A stretch of 47,553 nucleotides of DNA from a virus (Duplodnaviria; Heunggongvirae; Uroviricota; Caudoviricetes): IMG/VR virus record IMGVR_UViG_2734482568_000006, one strand, 5' to 3'. Positions 38,101 through 46,874 of the stretch are shown in pieces; positions within the stretch are counted from its first letter, which is position 1; each line of letters opens with the position of its first letter. The notes beneath the pieces are model-generated. The model made no database searches. It worked only from the letters and a program-made list of their open reading frames with translations, and was not told the DNA's origin. The position numbers were made by a program, and so were the translations under genes.

Positions 38101-38128
38101 ATGTCAATTAACATAAAAGGAAAAATCT

Positions 38129-38368
38129 ATGTCAGATATAAAAAATGCACTTGATGTTGCCGCATTCACAATGGCTGGAAATCTTATGGTAACCCTGTTC
38201 GATAAGGGGCTGATTTCCCGTGAGGAGGCAATACATATTATCAATCTCGCTCAAAAAAACTCTACCCCGGAAAATGCAGAAGATATCCAGGATGGCTCAT
38301 ATATTAATACCGACTGGCATTTCGACAATCTCCGGGCCTGTATGGGGATTACCGCTGAAAAAGATTAA
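38129..38368 (+). CDS. Hypothetical protein (79 aa) on the strand opposite to the phage early genes
   Basis: ATG with aaaagg RBS; 3-prime end overlaps the convergent minus-strand gene by 20 bp. Confidence 0.45.
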   Translation: MSDIKNALDVAAFTMAGNLMVTLFDKGLISREEAIHIINLAQKNSTPENAEDIQDGSYINTDWHFDNLRACMGITAEKD

Positions 38369-38636
38369 AAATTTTTGCATAATGTTCAGATGTAAGAATT
38401 GCTGAACCATCAACACCGAGCCTACGGCGAACGTATTCCTCGCGGGCTATTTTATTATCCAGAGATACAGCATCCTTAATCAGGTTAATCTCCCGCTCCA
38501 TTATCAAAAGGGCTTCTCTGGCTGCAAGATTTTCTTTTATCGCATATTCGATAATGTCCCGCATACGTTCAAGCATGCCGATTTTAGCCAGTTCTTCGTC
38601 GATAGATTTAGGCGCAAATTTGATTTCTTTTTCCAT
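38349..38636 (-). CDS. Hypothetical helical protein (about 95 aa)
   Basis: Start placed at MEKEIKF, immediately after the stop of the upstream cysteine-rich ORF. Confidence 0.45.
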   Translation of the reverse strand: MEKEIKFAPKSIDEELAKIGMLERMRDIIEYAIKENLAAREALLIMEREINLIKDAVSLDNKIAREEYVRRRLGVDGSAILTSEHYAKIFNLFQR

Positions 38637-38637
38637 A

Positions 38638-38781
38638 TTATTCATCCTCACAATTTATACATGCAGTGTCGTCGCCCATATCGCAGTGGTTACATTTTAT
38701 CTCACCACAATGTGGGCACTCTTTCAGATACTCCGGGTCCTCATTTCCACAGGTGGGACATTCAACAATTTGCTCATCCAT
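38638..38781 (-). CDS. Cysteine-rich zinc-ribbon-like small protein (47 aa), absent from the ORF track
   Basis: MDEQIVECPTCGNEDPEYLKECPHCGEIKCNHCDMGDDTACINCEDE with four CxxC pairs; start overlaps the upstream gene end (ATGGATGA) and the stop abuts the next start. Confidence 0.4.
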   Translation of the reverse strand: MDEQIVECPTCGNEDPEYLKECPHCGEIKCNHCDMGDDTACINCEDE

Positions 38782-39106
38782 TATGTATCCCCTGTAATTC
38801 CGGCAAGGCCGAAAGATGGCACCAGTGCGTCACCTGTCCGTCCTCATCTTCAAGGCAGGCTCCGGTTTCTTCATCAATAAAAAAGCCTTCATACCCCATA
38901 TGGCCGATGCGCAGTTCCTGTTGGTCACCATACTGAACAATCAGCACGACAGCCTCCATATCAGGCGGAAATGCGTCATCCAGTGAATGCCAGGGATAAC
39001 CGCGCAAATCCCCGAAATAAACGCCGGTCAGCGTTCCGCCACAGAGCGGCATTCCGGCGGCACACACAAGAGGTTCATCTGATTCAACAAATAAGGTCGT
39101 TATCAT
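38774..39106 (-). CDS. Hypothetical protein (110 aa)
   Basis: Translationally coupled within the early accessory operon; no recognised domain. Confidence 0.45.
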   Translation of the reverse strand: MITTLFVESDEPLVCAAGMPLCGGTLTGVYFGDLRGYPWHSLDDAFPPDMEAVVLIVQYGDQQELRIGHMGYEGFFIDEETGACLEDEDGQVTHWCHLSALPELQGIHNG

Positions 39107-39654
39107 GGCGTTAACTCCCGTAATACAGCGTCCTCGGCAGTCCGGCGACGGTAATAAACTGCGTGAGCAGAATGTTCAGATATTCCAAACTTTTCGCCAA
39201 TTTCCCGGAATGACAGACGGCGTGGGTAATCGGAATCACGCAGCTCACGTATAAGACGTACATCATCATCAGATATGCGCGTGCCGGGGCGTAACTCTCC
39301 GCACTTTGTTAATCCAGCACCAATCATTCCTGCCCGACATCTGACAGAATCTTTATTACGTCCGAGATATTCTCCCATTTGCTGGCAGGTCATTGTTCTG
39401 GCATTTTTTCGAATAAACTTATCTTCATCAGGTGTAAATCTTGGGTGTTTATATTTCAGTAACTCCGGGTATGAACTGCGCAATACACCAGTCCGGTTAT
39501 ATACAGCCCAGACAGTTCTTTTTATTCTGGCAGCAATATCCTTAACCGGGGTGGATGAATAAAGCGCAATCAGCAGCGCATCTTCTTCAGGTGTCCACGG
39601 ACGGACATGAGCGGGGGCGCGACCTTTTAGTCCCATGGGTTGTAATTTCATCAT
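39103..39654 (-). CDS. Putative DNA-binding regulator with Mor/C-like C-terminal helix-turn-helix
   Basis: C-terminus DDVRLIRELRDSDYPRRLSFREIGEKFGISEHSAHAVYYRRR resembles the Mor/C-type HTH; N-terminal WTPEEDALLIALY motif. Confidence 0.45.
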   Translation of the reverse strand: MMKLQPMGLKGRAPAHVRPWTPEEDALLIALYSSTPVKDIAARIKRTVWAVYNRTGVLRSSYPELLKYKHPRFTPDEDKFIRKNARTMTCQQMGEYLGRNKDSVRCRAGMIGAGLTKCGELRPGTRISDDDVRLIRELRDSDYPRRLSFREIGEKFGISEHSAHAVYYRRRTAEDAVLRELTP

Positions 39655-39657
39655 GCA

Positions 39658-40173
39658 TCACCCCCTGACTCGCTTTTCAGCAGCATAAAACTCATCAGAC
39701 AGTATTTCGGTCATTTTCTGTTTTGCGGGTTTTACGCCGCACTGAAGGTAAATCACATCGTCAACGCAGAACCACTTCACAGGGCCAAACAGGATTGCCG
39801 AGAAATCAATACCCAACCAGAACAACAGCGCATCGGTTCTGGCATACGTGACGGGCGAATATTCACGCCACAGACTGTTCAGTTCATCAGAGGCAACACG
39901 CAGGGTTTTAGGGATACGTGATGTGCGCGGTGTGCAGCTCCAGCCATTCGACGCAGTCGGTTTTCGCCATAAGTCGCGATGAAAAGGATATTTGTCCTCC
40001 GTAAAACGCAGTCCCTTAAAGTAAAATCCACTGATACCGGATACAAATACCGACCGGCACGCAACATTCAGCACGGCCTCAAGGCGTTTTGCCTCATCCT
40101 TAACTTTCTGGCAGTCCTGCTGGTATTTTTGCCACGCAGCCAGCGCGGAAGGGTTTGATGTTTTAAAGAACAT
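39658..40173 (-). CDS. Hypothetical protein (171 aa)
   Basis: Coupled to flanking genes; no recognised domain. Confidence 0.45.
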   Translation of the reverse strand: MFFKTSNPSALAAWQKYQQDCQKVKDEAKRLEAVLNVACRSVFVSGISGFYFKGLRFTEDKYPFHRDLWRKPTASNGWSCTPRTSRIPKTLRVASDELNSLWREYSPVTYARTDALLFWLGIDFSAILFGPVKWFCVDDVIYLQCGVKPAKQKMTEILSDEFYAAEKRVRG

Positions 40174-40706
40174 TACGCCACCTCCGCAGATATCCCGGCA
40201 GGCGCTGCTGTCCGGTCAACAATCAGGTAGCGCAGAACATGTTCAGTGATATTCCAGCCGCTTAAACCGCAGATAATGACGCCCAGGCGTATGTCGATAT
40301 ACGCCATCACAAACTGGGGCACGCCTTCTTTCATGGCCTGCTCATCAACTTCAGCCACCACATAAACGGTTTCACAGGTCAGAACGCCCTGAGCAAATTC
40401 CCACGCCATCGACGGAATATCATGCCCCTCAATCCATGGCAGGGATTTTCTGAAGCCGCACCACTGAACATCATCAGCCGCAGATTCCTGGCTGCATTTG
40501 CGACGAACCGGCTGCACCGGGCGGGGACGCGGAATATCATAAAAACCGTTACATTCCGTCAGCACGCCTGCATCAACCGCATCACGCAGAAAATAAACCA
40601 TGGAGGATGGCGGCATATTCATTTTTTCAGCCAGTACACCGCAGGTCAGGCGGCCATAAATACACAGCCAGTTTTTAACCCCTTCAAGCACTTTTGCATC
40701 AATCAT
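40173..40706 (-). CDS. Hypothetical protein (177 aa), possible N-terminal winged helix
   Basis: First gene after gam; weak HTH-like N-terminus. Confidence 0.45.
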   Translation of the reverse strand: MIDAKVLEGVKNWLCIYGRLTCGVLAEKMNMPPSSMVYFLRDAVDAGVLTECNGFYDIPRPRPVQPVRRKCSQESAADDVQWCGFRKSLPWIEGHDIPSMAWEFAQGVLTCETVYVVAEVDEQAMKEGVPQFVMAYIDIRLGVIICGLSGWNITEHVLRYLIVDRTAAPAGISAEVA

Positions 40707-40851
40707 GATTTATTTCCCCACCACATTATTAATGACGATATAAACGTATTTCATATTTCTTAACCCTTATTTTCTGTTTTCAGGCGCAAGCAGTCCCCTG
40801 ACGCGAGCGCCATAATTAAAATGAAGTGATATTTAATTGATTAATGCGGTG

Positions 40852-41382
40852 TTATTTATTCAGTCCGGCGTCCTGTTCAAAAGGCTCGACATAAAAACTT
40901 TCAGCGCCTTTATTCACCTTGATACCGGCAATGCCTTTCACAGCATCCGGCTCCGCCAGGACGGCTTCCTTGTTCACTTCCTCTTTCGTGCGGATGAAAC
41001 GCTCAAGCCCCATACGGCGCAGCATTTCAATCACACCTTCCACATCACGGCTGACGCTGCATGATGGCGTTCCCAGCCGCCATGACACCGTTCCGGTGGT
41101 CAGATTGGCTGTTTTGGTTTTGCCGCCGTTCGTCAGCTCATCACGGTTGGTTTTGCACCAGTCCTGAATCCCTTTAAAAAGCACTTTGATTTGCTTTTTA
41201 AGATTTTCAATCTGCGGCGTATAACGGGCGGTGATTTCTGCCACTTCGTCATTCATCGCCGTTTCCAGGCGCAGCGCCTCTCGCTGAATATCTCCCAGGG
41301 TGCGGATATCACGGCTGACTTCTTCCCGGGTCTGCGGTGCCGCCTCGGCTGCGGCCTTTAATTTTGTAACGCGTTTAGCCAT
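40852..41382 (-). CDS. gam: Gam host-nuclease inhibitor (Mu Gam / Ku-like DNA end-binding protein)
   Basis: IRTLGDIQREALRLETAMNDEVAEIT...ELTNGGKTKTANLTTGTVSWR...FIRTKEEVNKEA closely parallels Mu Gam. Confidence 0.85.
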   Translation of the reverse strand: MAKRVTKLKAAAEAAPQTREEVSRDIRTLGDIQREALRLETAMNDEVAEITARYTPQIENLKKQIKVLFKGIQDWCKTNRDELTNGGKTKTANLTTGTVSWRLGTPSCSVSRDVEGVIEMLRRMGLERFIRTKEEVNKEAVLAEPDAVKGIAGIKVNKGAESFYVEPFEQDAGLNK

Positions 41383-41393
41383 TTTGTTTTTCC

Positions 41394-41687
41394 TTATTGC
41401 AGTGTGCCTGATGCTTTATGCACGCGGTGGCGTTTAATGATGGCATCCGCTCCAAAAGACTGTGCAGATGCCTGAAATTCCGCTGAGAGAAACTGAATAA
41501 TTGCAGGACTGTGATACTGGAGAATACTTGCATAAACGTCACAGAGTGACGTCGGCCTGTTATCCGTATCACGTTCTGTTTTCACATCCACTCCAATCTT
41601 TTCATGCACTTCAACACAGTCATTGCCTGCCAACTTTTCGTCATGCGAAACATGATTAAATTCAAAAATAACGCGTACTTTGCTCAT
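41394..41687 (-). CDS. Hypothetical small protein, paralog 1 (about 97 aa)
   Basis: Starts MSKVRVIFEFNHV, paralleling the adjacent gene N-terminus MSKVVRIIFEYKEDV. Confidence 0.45.
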   Translation of the reverse strand: MSKVRVIFEFNHVSHDEKLAGNDCVEVHEKIGVDVKTERDTDNRPTSLCDVYASILQYHSPAIIQFLSAEFQASAQSFGADAIIKRHRVHKASGTLQ

Positions 41688-41691
41688 GGAA

Positions 41692-41964
41692 TTACCCCTG
41701 TTGATTAAATTCATTACCGTTAATAACCCCGGAAGCCATGCCTCTGTCTTTCATGAATGCACTGGCTTTCATTGCCACAAACTCTGCGAAGTTTCTGCTT
41801 TCTGCCAGCATAACCACCCCAAAAATCATGGCGGGTCCATTATCTTTCTTCTTTATTCCGGTTGAACGTATATCCAGACTTACCCCTCTGTGCGTGCTGC
41901 CATCAGAGTTTTTGCAGATAACATCTTCCTTGTATTCGAAAATAATGCGTACGACTTTACTCAT
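41692..41964 (-). CDS. Hypothetical small protein, paralog 2 (90 aa)
   Basis: Shares N-terminal motif with 41394-41687; tandem arrangement. Confidence 0.45.
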   Translation of the reverse strand: MSKVVRIIFEYKEDVICKNSDGSTHRGVSLDIRSTGIKKKDNGPAMIFGVVMLAESRNFAEFVAMKASAFMKDRGMASGVINGNEFNQQG

Positions 41965-42242
41965 CCTCTGGTCCTCGTTCTGTTTGGATAACTGACCCGG
42001 CGTCTAACCTCACGGCAGAACCGAATCATGGCATTAAAGGCTTCTTCCTCCGTCACCGCTTCCGGTATCCCCGGAACCAGTAACTGCTCCTGTTCATCAC
42101 GTCCATGACGCGCCATAACCTCAATCACATGCCGTACCGTGGCAGGCTTTCCGGCAACTATCGGCAATGCACCTTCCGGCAGGACGTAACCAAACTCAAT
42201 AAGACCACTCGACCACGCCCATGCAATGAGATTTTTTTTCAC
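41961..42242 (-). CDS. Hypothetical early protein (93 aa)
   Basis: Position in the semi-essential early region; coupled starts and stops. Confidence 0.4.
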   Translation of the reverse strand: MKKNLIAWAWSSGLIEFGYVLPEGALPIVAGKPATVRHVIEVMARHGRDEQEQLLVPGIPEAVTEEEAFNAMIRFCREVRRRVSYPNRTRTRG

Positions 42243-42243
42243 C

Positions 42244-42510
42244 TCACACCTCCCAGTAAACCGTGCAGCCGCTGATGCGGGTGGCCTTCACACGGCGGCG
42301 CAGGCCGTTGGTCTGTATGGTGATTTCAATTTCACCGGTTCCCTGCACGTTGCCTACCGGCGGCGTGGTTTTCAGTGCAAAACGTTGCGGATAGCGCTTA
42401 CTGCGTTCCAGTACCGCACCGGCAAGTTCGGTCAGACGGCGCGCGCTGTTCAGGGAGTCGAATAAATTCATTTTGTTACCGCAGGATTGCATATTCATAT
42501 AACACCTCAT
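42244..42510 (-). CDS. Hypothetical early protein (88 aa)
   Basis: Position only. Confidence 0.4.
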   Translation of the reverse strand: MRCYMNMQSCGNKMNLFDSLNSARRLTELAGAVLERSKRYPQRFALKTTPPVGNVQGTGEIEITIQTNGLRRRVKATRISGCTVYWEV

Positions 42511-42738
42511 TTAGCTGACTTGTTTCGCACCAACAGAACGGCATATTCCGCTGTAAACTTCTGTCGCACCTTCGCGATCAAGTCCGGCAGATATCACCAT
42601 TCGTGTGCGGTCATTAAATTCAAAAAGTAAATCGCCACATTCTTTATTTTCGGCCAGTGAAATCACCTTCACGTTATCGAAATTAACCAGGTAAAAGCGT
42701 CCGTAAATATCAGGAATATTAAATACCGCCATAATCAC
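42511..42738 (-). CDS. Hypothetical early protein (75 aa), at the position of Mu kil
   Basis: Immediately downstream of B, coupled (overlapping stop/start). Confidence 0.4.
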   Translation of the reverse strand: MIMAVFNIPDIYGRFYLVNFDNVKVISLAENKECGDLLFEFNDRTRMVISAGLDREGATEVYSGICRSVGAKQVS

Positions 42739-43676
42739 ACCTGTGAGAGTAATTCAGGGTTGGTATAAACCTCTTTAAAGGCCGCATTAATATGTTTTTC
42801 TGTCAGCGCCGCGCCTTCACCGCTGGCGGTGAGCCACGCCTGGTTAAGCGTATGTGTCAGAACGCGTAACGCTCCCGGCTTTTCAGCGATAGCCTGCATG
42901 ACGGCCAGCTCGGCCTCACCACTGATCCCCCACGCCATGGCAATGGCCAGCACATCCGCCTTTTTGGCCTTGCGAAGTTGTTTTGTACGGGCAAGACGGC
43001 TGAACAGGCGCGATAAATCATCAAAGGCGCGGCGTCCACCTTTAAACAATCCGCGCGGGTTACCAATAAGCACCATCCCGATCCCCGTGGCGTCCTGAAT
43101 TGCCCGGAGTTGCTCCAGACCGTCAATACCAAGATGATCCGCCTCATCCACAATCACCAGTCCACGCGTTCCCATCAGGCGACGGCGGATGGCGCGGGAT
43201 AATGCCCCTTTGTTCGCGCGGGTGTAATCAATCCCCAGCGCATCGGCCAGCTCCAGCAGACACTCCGTGACGCTGGAGTGCGCGGGTGACAGGGTGATCA
43301 TCCAGGTGTTTGGTTGCTCCTGGCAGTAATTACGGGCAGTGGCCGTTTTACCCACACCCGGTACGCCCACAATAACGTTAATACAGCCCATCAGGCGAAC
43401 CGCCTGAAACAGTGCGCGCAGCTCCTGGACTGTCTGAGTTTCCACAAACTGCGGCGGTTCCGGCAGTGCGCTTTGTTTATTCCAGTTCTCATACCAGGAG
43501 CGCAGGGAAGCAGCCACAGCAGCGTTATCGCCTTTATATTTTCCCTTACGGAAAGCCGATAATGTGCCGTCGGAAATTCCCGCCTCTCTGGCGATGGCAT
43601 ACTGCGTCAGTACGCCGCCATCAATAAGTTCATCAATGGTCTTGATTACATCGTTAATATCGGTCATATTATTCAC
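42735..43676 (-). CDS. B: Transposition ATPase B (MuB-like AAA+ target-DNA activator)
   Basis: ALPEPPQFVETQTV ... GVPGVGKT ... WMITLSP ... LSRAIRRRL ... VIVDEADHLG parallels Mu B throughout. Confidence 0.85.
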   Translation of the reverse strand: MNNMTDINDVIKTIDELIDGGVLTQYAIAREAGISDGTLSAFRKGKYKGDNAAVAASLRSWYENWNKQSALPEPPQFVETQTVQELRALFQAVRLMGCINVIVGVPGVGKTATARNYCQEQPNTWMITLSPAHSSVTECLLELADALGIDYTRANKGALSRAIRRRLMGTRGLVIVDEADHLGIDGLEQLRAIQDATGIGMVLIGNPRGLFKGGRRAFDDLSRLFSRLARTKQLRKAKKADVLAIAMAWGISGEAELAVMQAIAEKPGALRVLTHTLNQAWLTASGEGAALTEKHINAAFKEVYTNPELLSQV

Positions 43677-43749
43677 CTCGCTTGAGACAGCATTCTCCGA
43701 GACTGAAACCTCAAATAACCTGAGTCACCCCTCGGGTTATTTTTTTATT

Positions 43750-45837
43750 TCAGGCCAGCGGATCACTTTCTTTTAATTTCGCTTCGAGCAGTTGCAATCC
43801 CCGCTGGAAATTACGCTCGTATTCTTCATCAGGTTCATCGTCAGCGACCGGTTGCTGAACGGTCACCGTATTACCCACAGGGCGGTATATGTTTTCCAGC
43901 CAGGGCTCCTGCGGCTTGTGCTCCAGCACGTTGACAACCTCATCCTCGGCATCACGGATTTTTTCCTCTGCGCGTTTACGCATGCCTTTAAGGCGCTGCT
44001 GCTGTTTGTAGTATTCCGCGCTGACAGGGAAGGCTTCGCGTTTATTGCCGTCCCATACCGCCTCGCAAATCACGCTGCCATCCGGGCGGCGCACGGTAAT
44101 TCGTTCGGCATCATGAATGTCATAGCTGATAAGTACCTTACGGCCATGCTCGTCACGCAGCTCGGGCGCGTAGTAAATATTATTCAGCCAGCGTATTTCA
44201 CAGCGTCTTACAGGGCGCTCCACCATCGGCCGGAACATATCCCGCAGTTCAACATCGGACAGCCATTCAATTTCCGTGTCCTCTTCCGCCAGGCGTTTTT
44301 TTCTGAACTCCGCCGGGCTGTAATGTTTACCGTTCGGCTTCATGGGTAATTCATCGTGCGGCCGGTTGTTGTACCACTCAACACCGTCACGAATGGCATC
44401 AATCAGTTCAGACCAGGACGGTAAATCACGCATCGCTGACTGCTGCCGGGCGTTCAGCCGTTTGCCCTGTTGCAGGGCACTGAATGCCGAGCGTAAATCG
44501 CGGTTGGTTTTACGTAACGTCTCGCGATCTGCTCCTTTCCCGAAATAGGTGCGGTATTTACGGGCTATGCGCATCGGTAATGTGCGGTTAAGCCGTTCGA
44601 TAATGCCCCGTCCCTGCGGATTACCGGCAATCCCTGTCGGGTGATTAATCCCCAGTCGTGGCAGTATCCCCACAATCTCCTTATCCAGGACGTCGGCGGT
44701 TTCCCCGGAGCCATTATCCGAGTAATACAGAAACGGTTTGCCATGATGGCGAATACCGTGCTGTATGGCACCGGCTACGGCGAAAACATTTTCAGCCAGG
44801 TCAAGGCTCCAGCCCACCACAAAGCGCGTGCCACCGTCGATAACAAAGGTCACTTCCGGTGCGAATGGCCGCCCGTGAACCGGGTGCGCGCATTTCAGCT
44901 TCATGCCGTGACCGTCACCAATCCAGACATAATTCACCGGCATTCTGGACCAGTCGCGGCGCGTGAATCCCTCAAGCTGACGGTATTCACTGCCAGTTAC
45001 CCGGCCTTTTTGTTTCACCACTTCCGGCAGTTTCTTCATTGCGCGGCGAATGGTGTCATAAGAGGGCATGATATCGAGCATATAAGGCTCATCAGCGTGC
45101 CGGTGCTGCCATTCAGCAACAAAATCCTCGTAAGCCTCGGTCATTGGTCGGCCGTTTGACTGGCGATACTGCGCCAGAAATTCGGGCAGCCAGTTAATAT
45201 CTTCGGCTTTTATTTCCTGGCGTTTACCCGGTGCCAGTAAAAGCAGGCGTTCAGCGGCGTTCTGTGCCTTGTTAAAGGCCGCAATCCAGCGTTTCAGCGT
45301 GATTTCACTCAACGCGCGGCTGTTTCCCTTTTTGGCGTTCGCCGTCTCAACCATTGCCACAATGCGCTCGTCCAGTTGTGATCGTGCCAGGCTGTTAACG
45401 AGGAACCGGATAGCTTTAGCGCAGCTGAAACCGGGTTGTTGCGTGAATTTCAGCACCTCACTGACGATCGCAATGCGTGCGTCTGCCACCTGGCGCTGGT
45501 TTTCAGTCAGGGCATTGAGGCGTTCGACCATCAGTTGTGGTGATCCGCGATATGCCTCCACCGCATCAACCACGGCAGACGAGCGTCTGGCCTTTGTCAC
45601 CACCGGAGCCGGTGATTCATCGGCTTTTTGCGTCATCAGTTGCAGGGCATAACGTTCGCGTAATGCCTGCTGTGTCACTTCAGGTAAACAGTCAATGCTG
45701 TATTCAAAACCTTTAGCGCCTTTCTTGCGGCGTCTGCTGGTTTCGCTGGTTGCATACTTCCTGATTGAATAGCGAACGCCTTGCTCCGTTCCCGGCATCC
45801 CCGGTAATCCAACCAGTTCTTTAACTGAAGCAAACAT
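43750..45837 (-). CDS. A: DDE transposase A (MuA-like)
   Basis: 695 aa between ner and B with MuA-like architecture (N-terminal winged-helix end/enhancer-binding region, central catalytic core). Confidence 0.9.
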   Translation of the reverse strand: MFASVKELVGLPGMPGTEQGVRYSIRKYATSETSRRRKKGAKGFEYSIDCLPEVTQQALRERYALQLMTQKADESPAPVVTKARRSSAVVDAVEAYRGSPQLMVERLNALTENQRQVADARIAIVSEVLKFTQQPGFSCAKAIRFLVNSLARSQLDERIVAMVETANAKKGNSRALSEITLKRWIAAFNKAQNAAERLLLLAPGKRQEIKAEDINWLPEFLAQYRQSNGRPMTEAYEDFVAEWQHRHADEPYMLDIMPSYDTIRRAMKKLPEVVKQKGRVTGSEYRQLEGFTRRDWSRMPVNYVWIGDGHGMKLKCAHPVHGRPFAPEVTFVIDGGTRFVVGWSLDLAENVFAVAGAIQHGIRHHGKPFLYYSDNGSGETADVLDKEIVGILPRLGINHPTGIAGNPQGRGIIERLNRTLPMRIARKYRTYFGKGADRETLRKTNRDLRSAFSALQQGKRLNARQQSAMRDLPSWSELIDAIRDGVEWYNNRPHDELPMKPNGKHYSPAEFRKKRLAEEDTEIEWLSDVELRDMFRPMVERPVRRCEIRWLNNIYYAPELRDEHGRKVLISYDIHDAERITVRRPDGSVICEAVWDGNKREAFPVSAEYYKQQQRLKGMRKRAEEKIRDAEDEVVNVLEHKPQEPWLENIYRPVGNTVTVQQPVADDEPDEEYERNFQRGLQLLEAKLKESDPLA

Positions 45838-45839
45838 AA

Positions 45840-46070
45840 TTACGCGACCTTACGAATGTAGCGGCTGGGCCAAATCTCCTCGGGCGGCACCCCCAGGCAT
45901 TCCGCGATAATCCCCTCATACTTGGGAACATGGCGGTATACCGCGTTGTACAGATTGTTCTGACCCACGCCAGCTTTACGGGCCAGCGCCCTCATGCTTC
46001 CTTCTCTGGCTCTGACTTCCCCCAAAATTCTTTGAGGATGCCAATCAGGCTTAACTTCATTTCTCGCCAT
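45840..46070 (-). CDS. ner: Ner-like DNA-binding early regulator
   Basis: MARNEVKPDWHPQRILGEV ... EEIWPSRY parallels Mu Ner (..DWH.., ..EVIWPSRY..). Confidence 0.85.
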   Translation of the reverse strand: MARNEVKPDWHPQRILGEVRAREGSMRALARKAGVGQNNLYNAVYRHVPKYEGIIAECLGVPPEEIWPSRYIRKVA

Positions 46071-46255
46071 GATTCATCTATCCTAAAAAGTTACGAAATT
46101 TGATAACTAAACTTAGTTATCAAGTTTGATATAAGTATTGATCCACTTCTGCTTCATGTAAAGCAAAAAAAACATCTTTCTTTTGTCTATTGTGGATCAA
46201 TGGTTGCTGACAACACTAAAAGTTAATAATTTCAAATTGATAGGAAGAAAAGAAA
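46071..46255. promoter_or_regulatory. Divergent early promoter/operator region between repressor and ner
   Basis: Perfect 24-bp palindrome ttgataactaaacttagttatcaa (46090-46113) and 10-bp inverted repeats attgatccac / gtggatcaat (46128-46137, 46183-46192), both containing GATC. Confidence 0.5.
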
Positions 46256-46801
46256 ATGAACAAGCAAACAACAACATCTCTTTCTTTTCCTGGTGGTAGA
46301 AAAGAAAGCATTGCTGAGCGTCTGAAAAGGCTGATTGGCTCCCGCAGCGTCAGAGCTGCAGCAAGAGATTGGGGGCTTTCATTTTCAACACTAAACAATT
46401 ATCTGTCTCGTGGCACTGAGCCATCCTTAAGTGTCGCCCTTCAGATTGCGTCTATCGAAGGAGTAAGTGTTGAGTGGCTATGTGGATTCAGTGATGCATC
46501 ACAAGTGAATCGGTGTGAGATCAAGGAAAATCAAGATGAAAGCAAGAAGATAATTATGACGATTATCAGCGCACTTGATGAAAAAGACTTAGAGCAGCTA
46601 TCGAAAAATTTGGTTCTGAATGGAGCCAAGTACTTAGCTCGGTTGTTAGAGCCTGAAAATCAAGATCTAATCCGCTTAGAAGGAAGGAAAAGAATAGCTG
46701 CATTACAGCTTGAAGGTATGTCTGACGAACGCGTCAGAGAGATTTTGGAAGAAACTGAGAGAAGTCGCAAATCTAACGCGGTAGAACCAAAAGCGGGTTA
46801 A
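46256..46801 (+). CDS. Prophage repressor (HTH, at the position of Mu c)
   Basis: Divergent from ner; LSFSTLNNYLSRGTEPSLSVALQIASIEGVSVEWL looks like an XRE/CI-type helix-turn-helix. Confidence 0.6.
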   Translation: MNKQTTTSLSFPGGRKESIAERLKRLIGSRSVRAAARDWGLSFSTLNNYLSRGTEPSLSVALQIASIEGVSVEWLCGFSDASQVNRCEIKENQDESKKIIMTIISALDEKDLEQLSKNLVLNGAKYLARLLEPENQDLIRLEGRKRIAALQLEGMSDERVREILEETERSRKSNAVEPKAG

Positions 46802-46874
46802 TAGCATTAGCCCGCATTTTGCACTATATCGAGTATTTCGCATTGTTTGGAACGCCTTAAAAGACTAAAACCAC

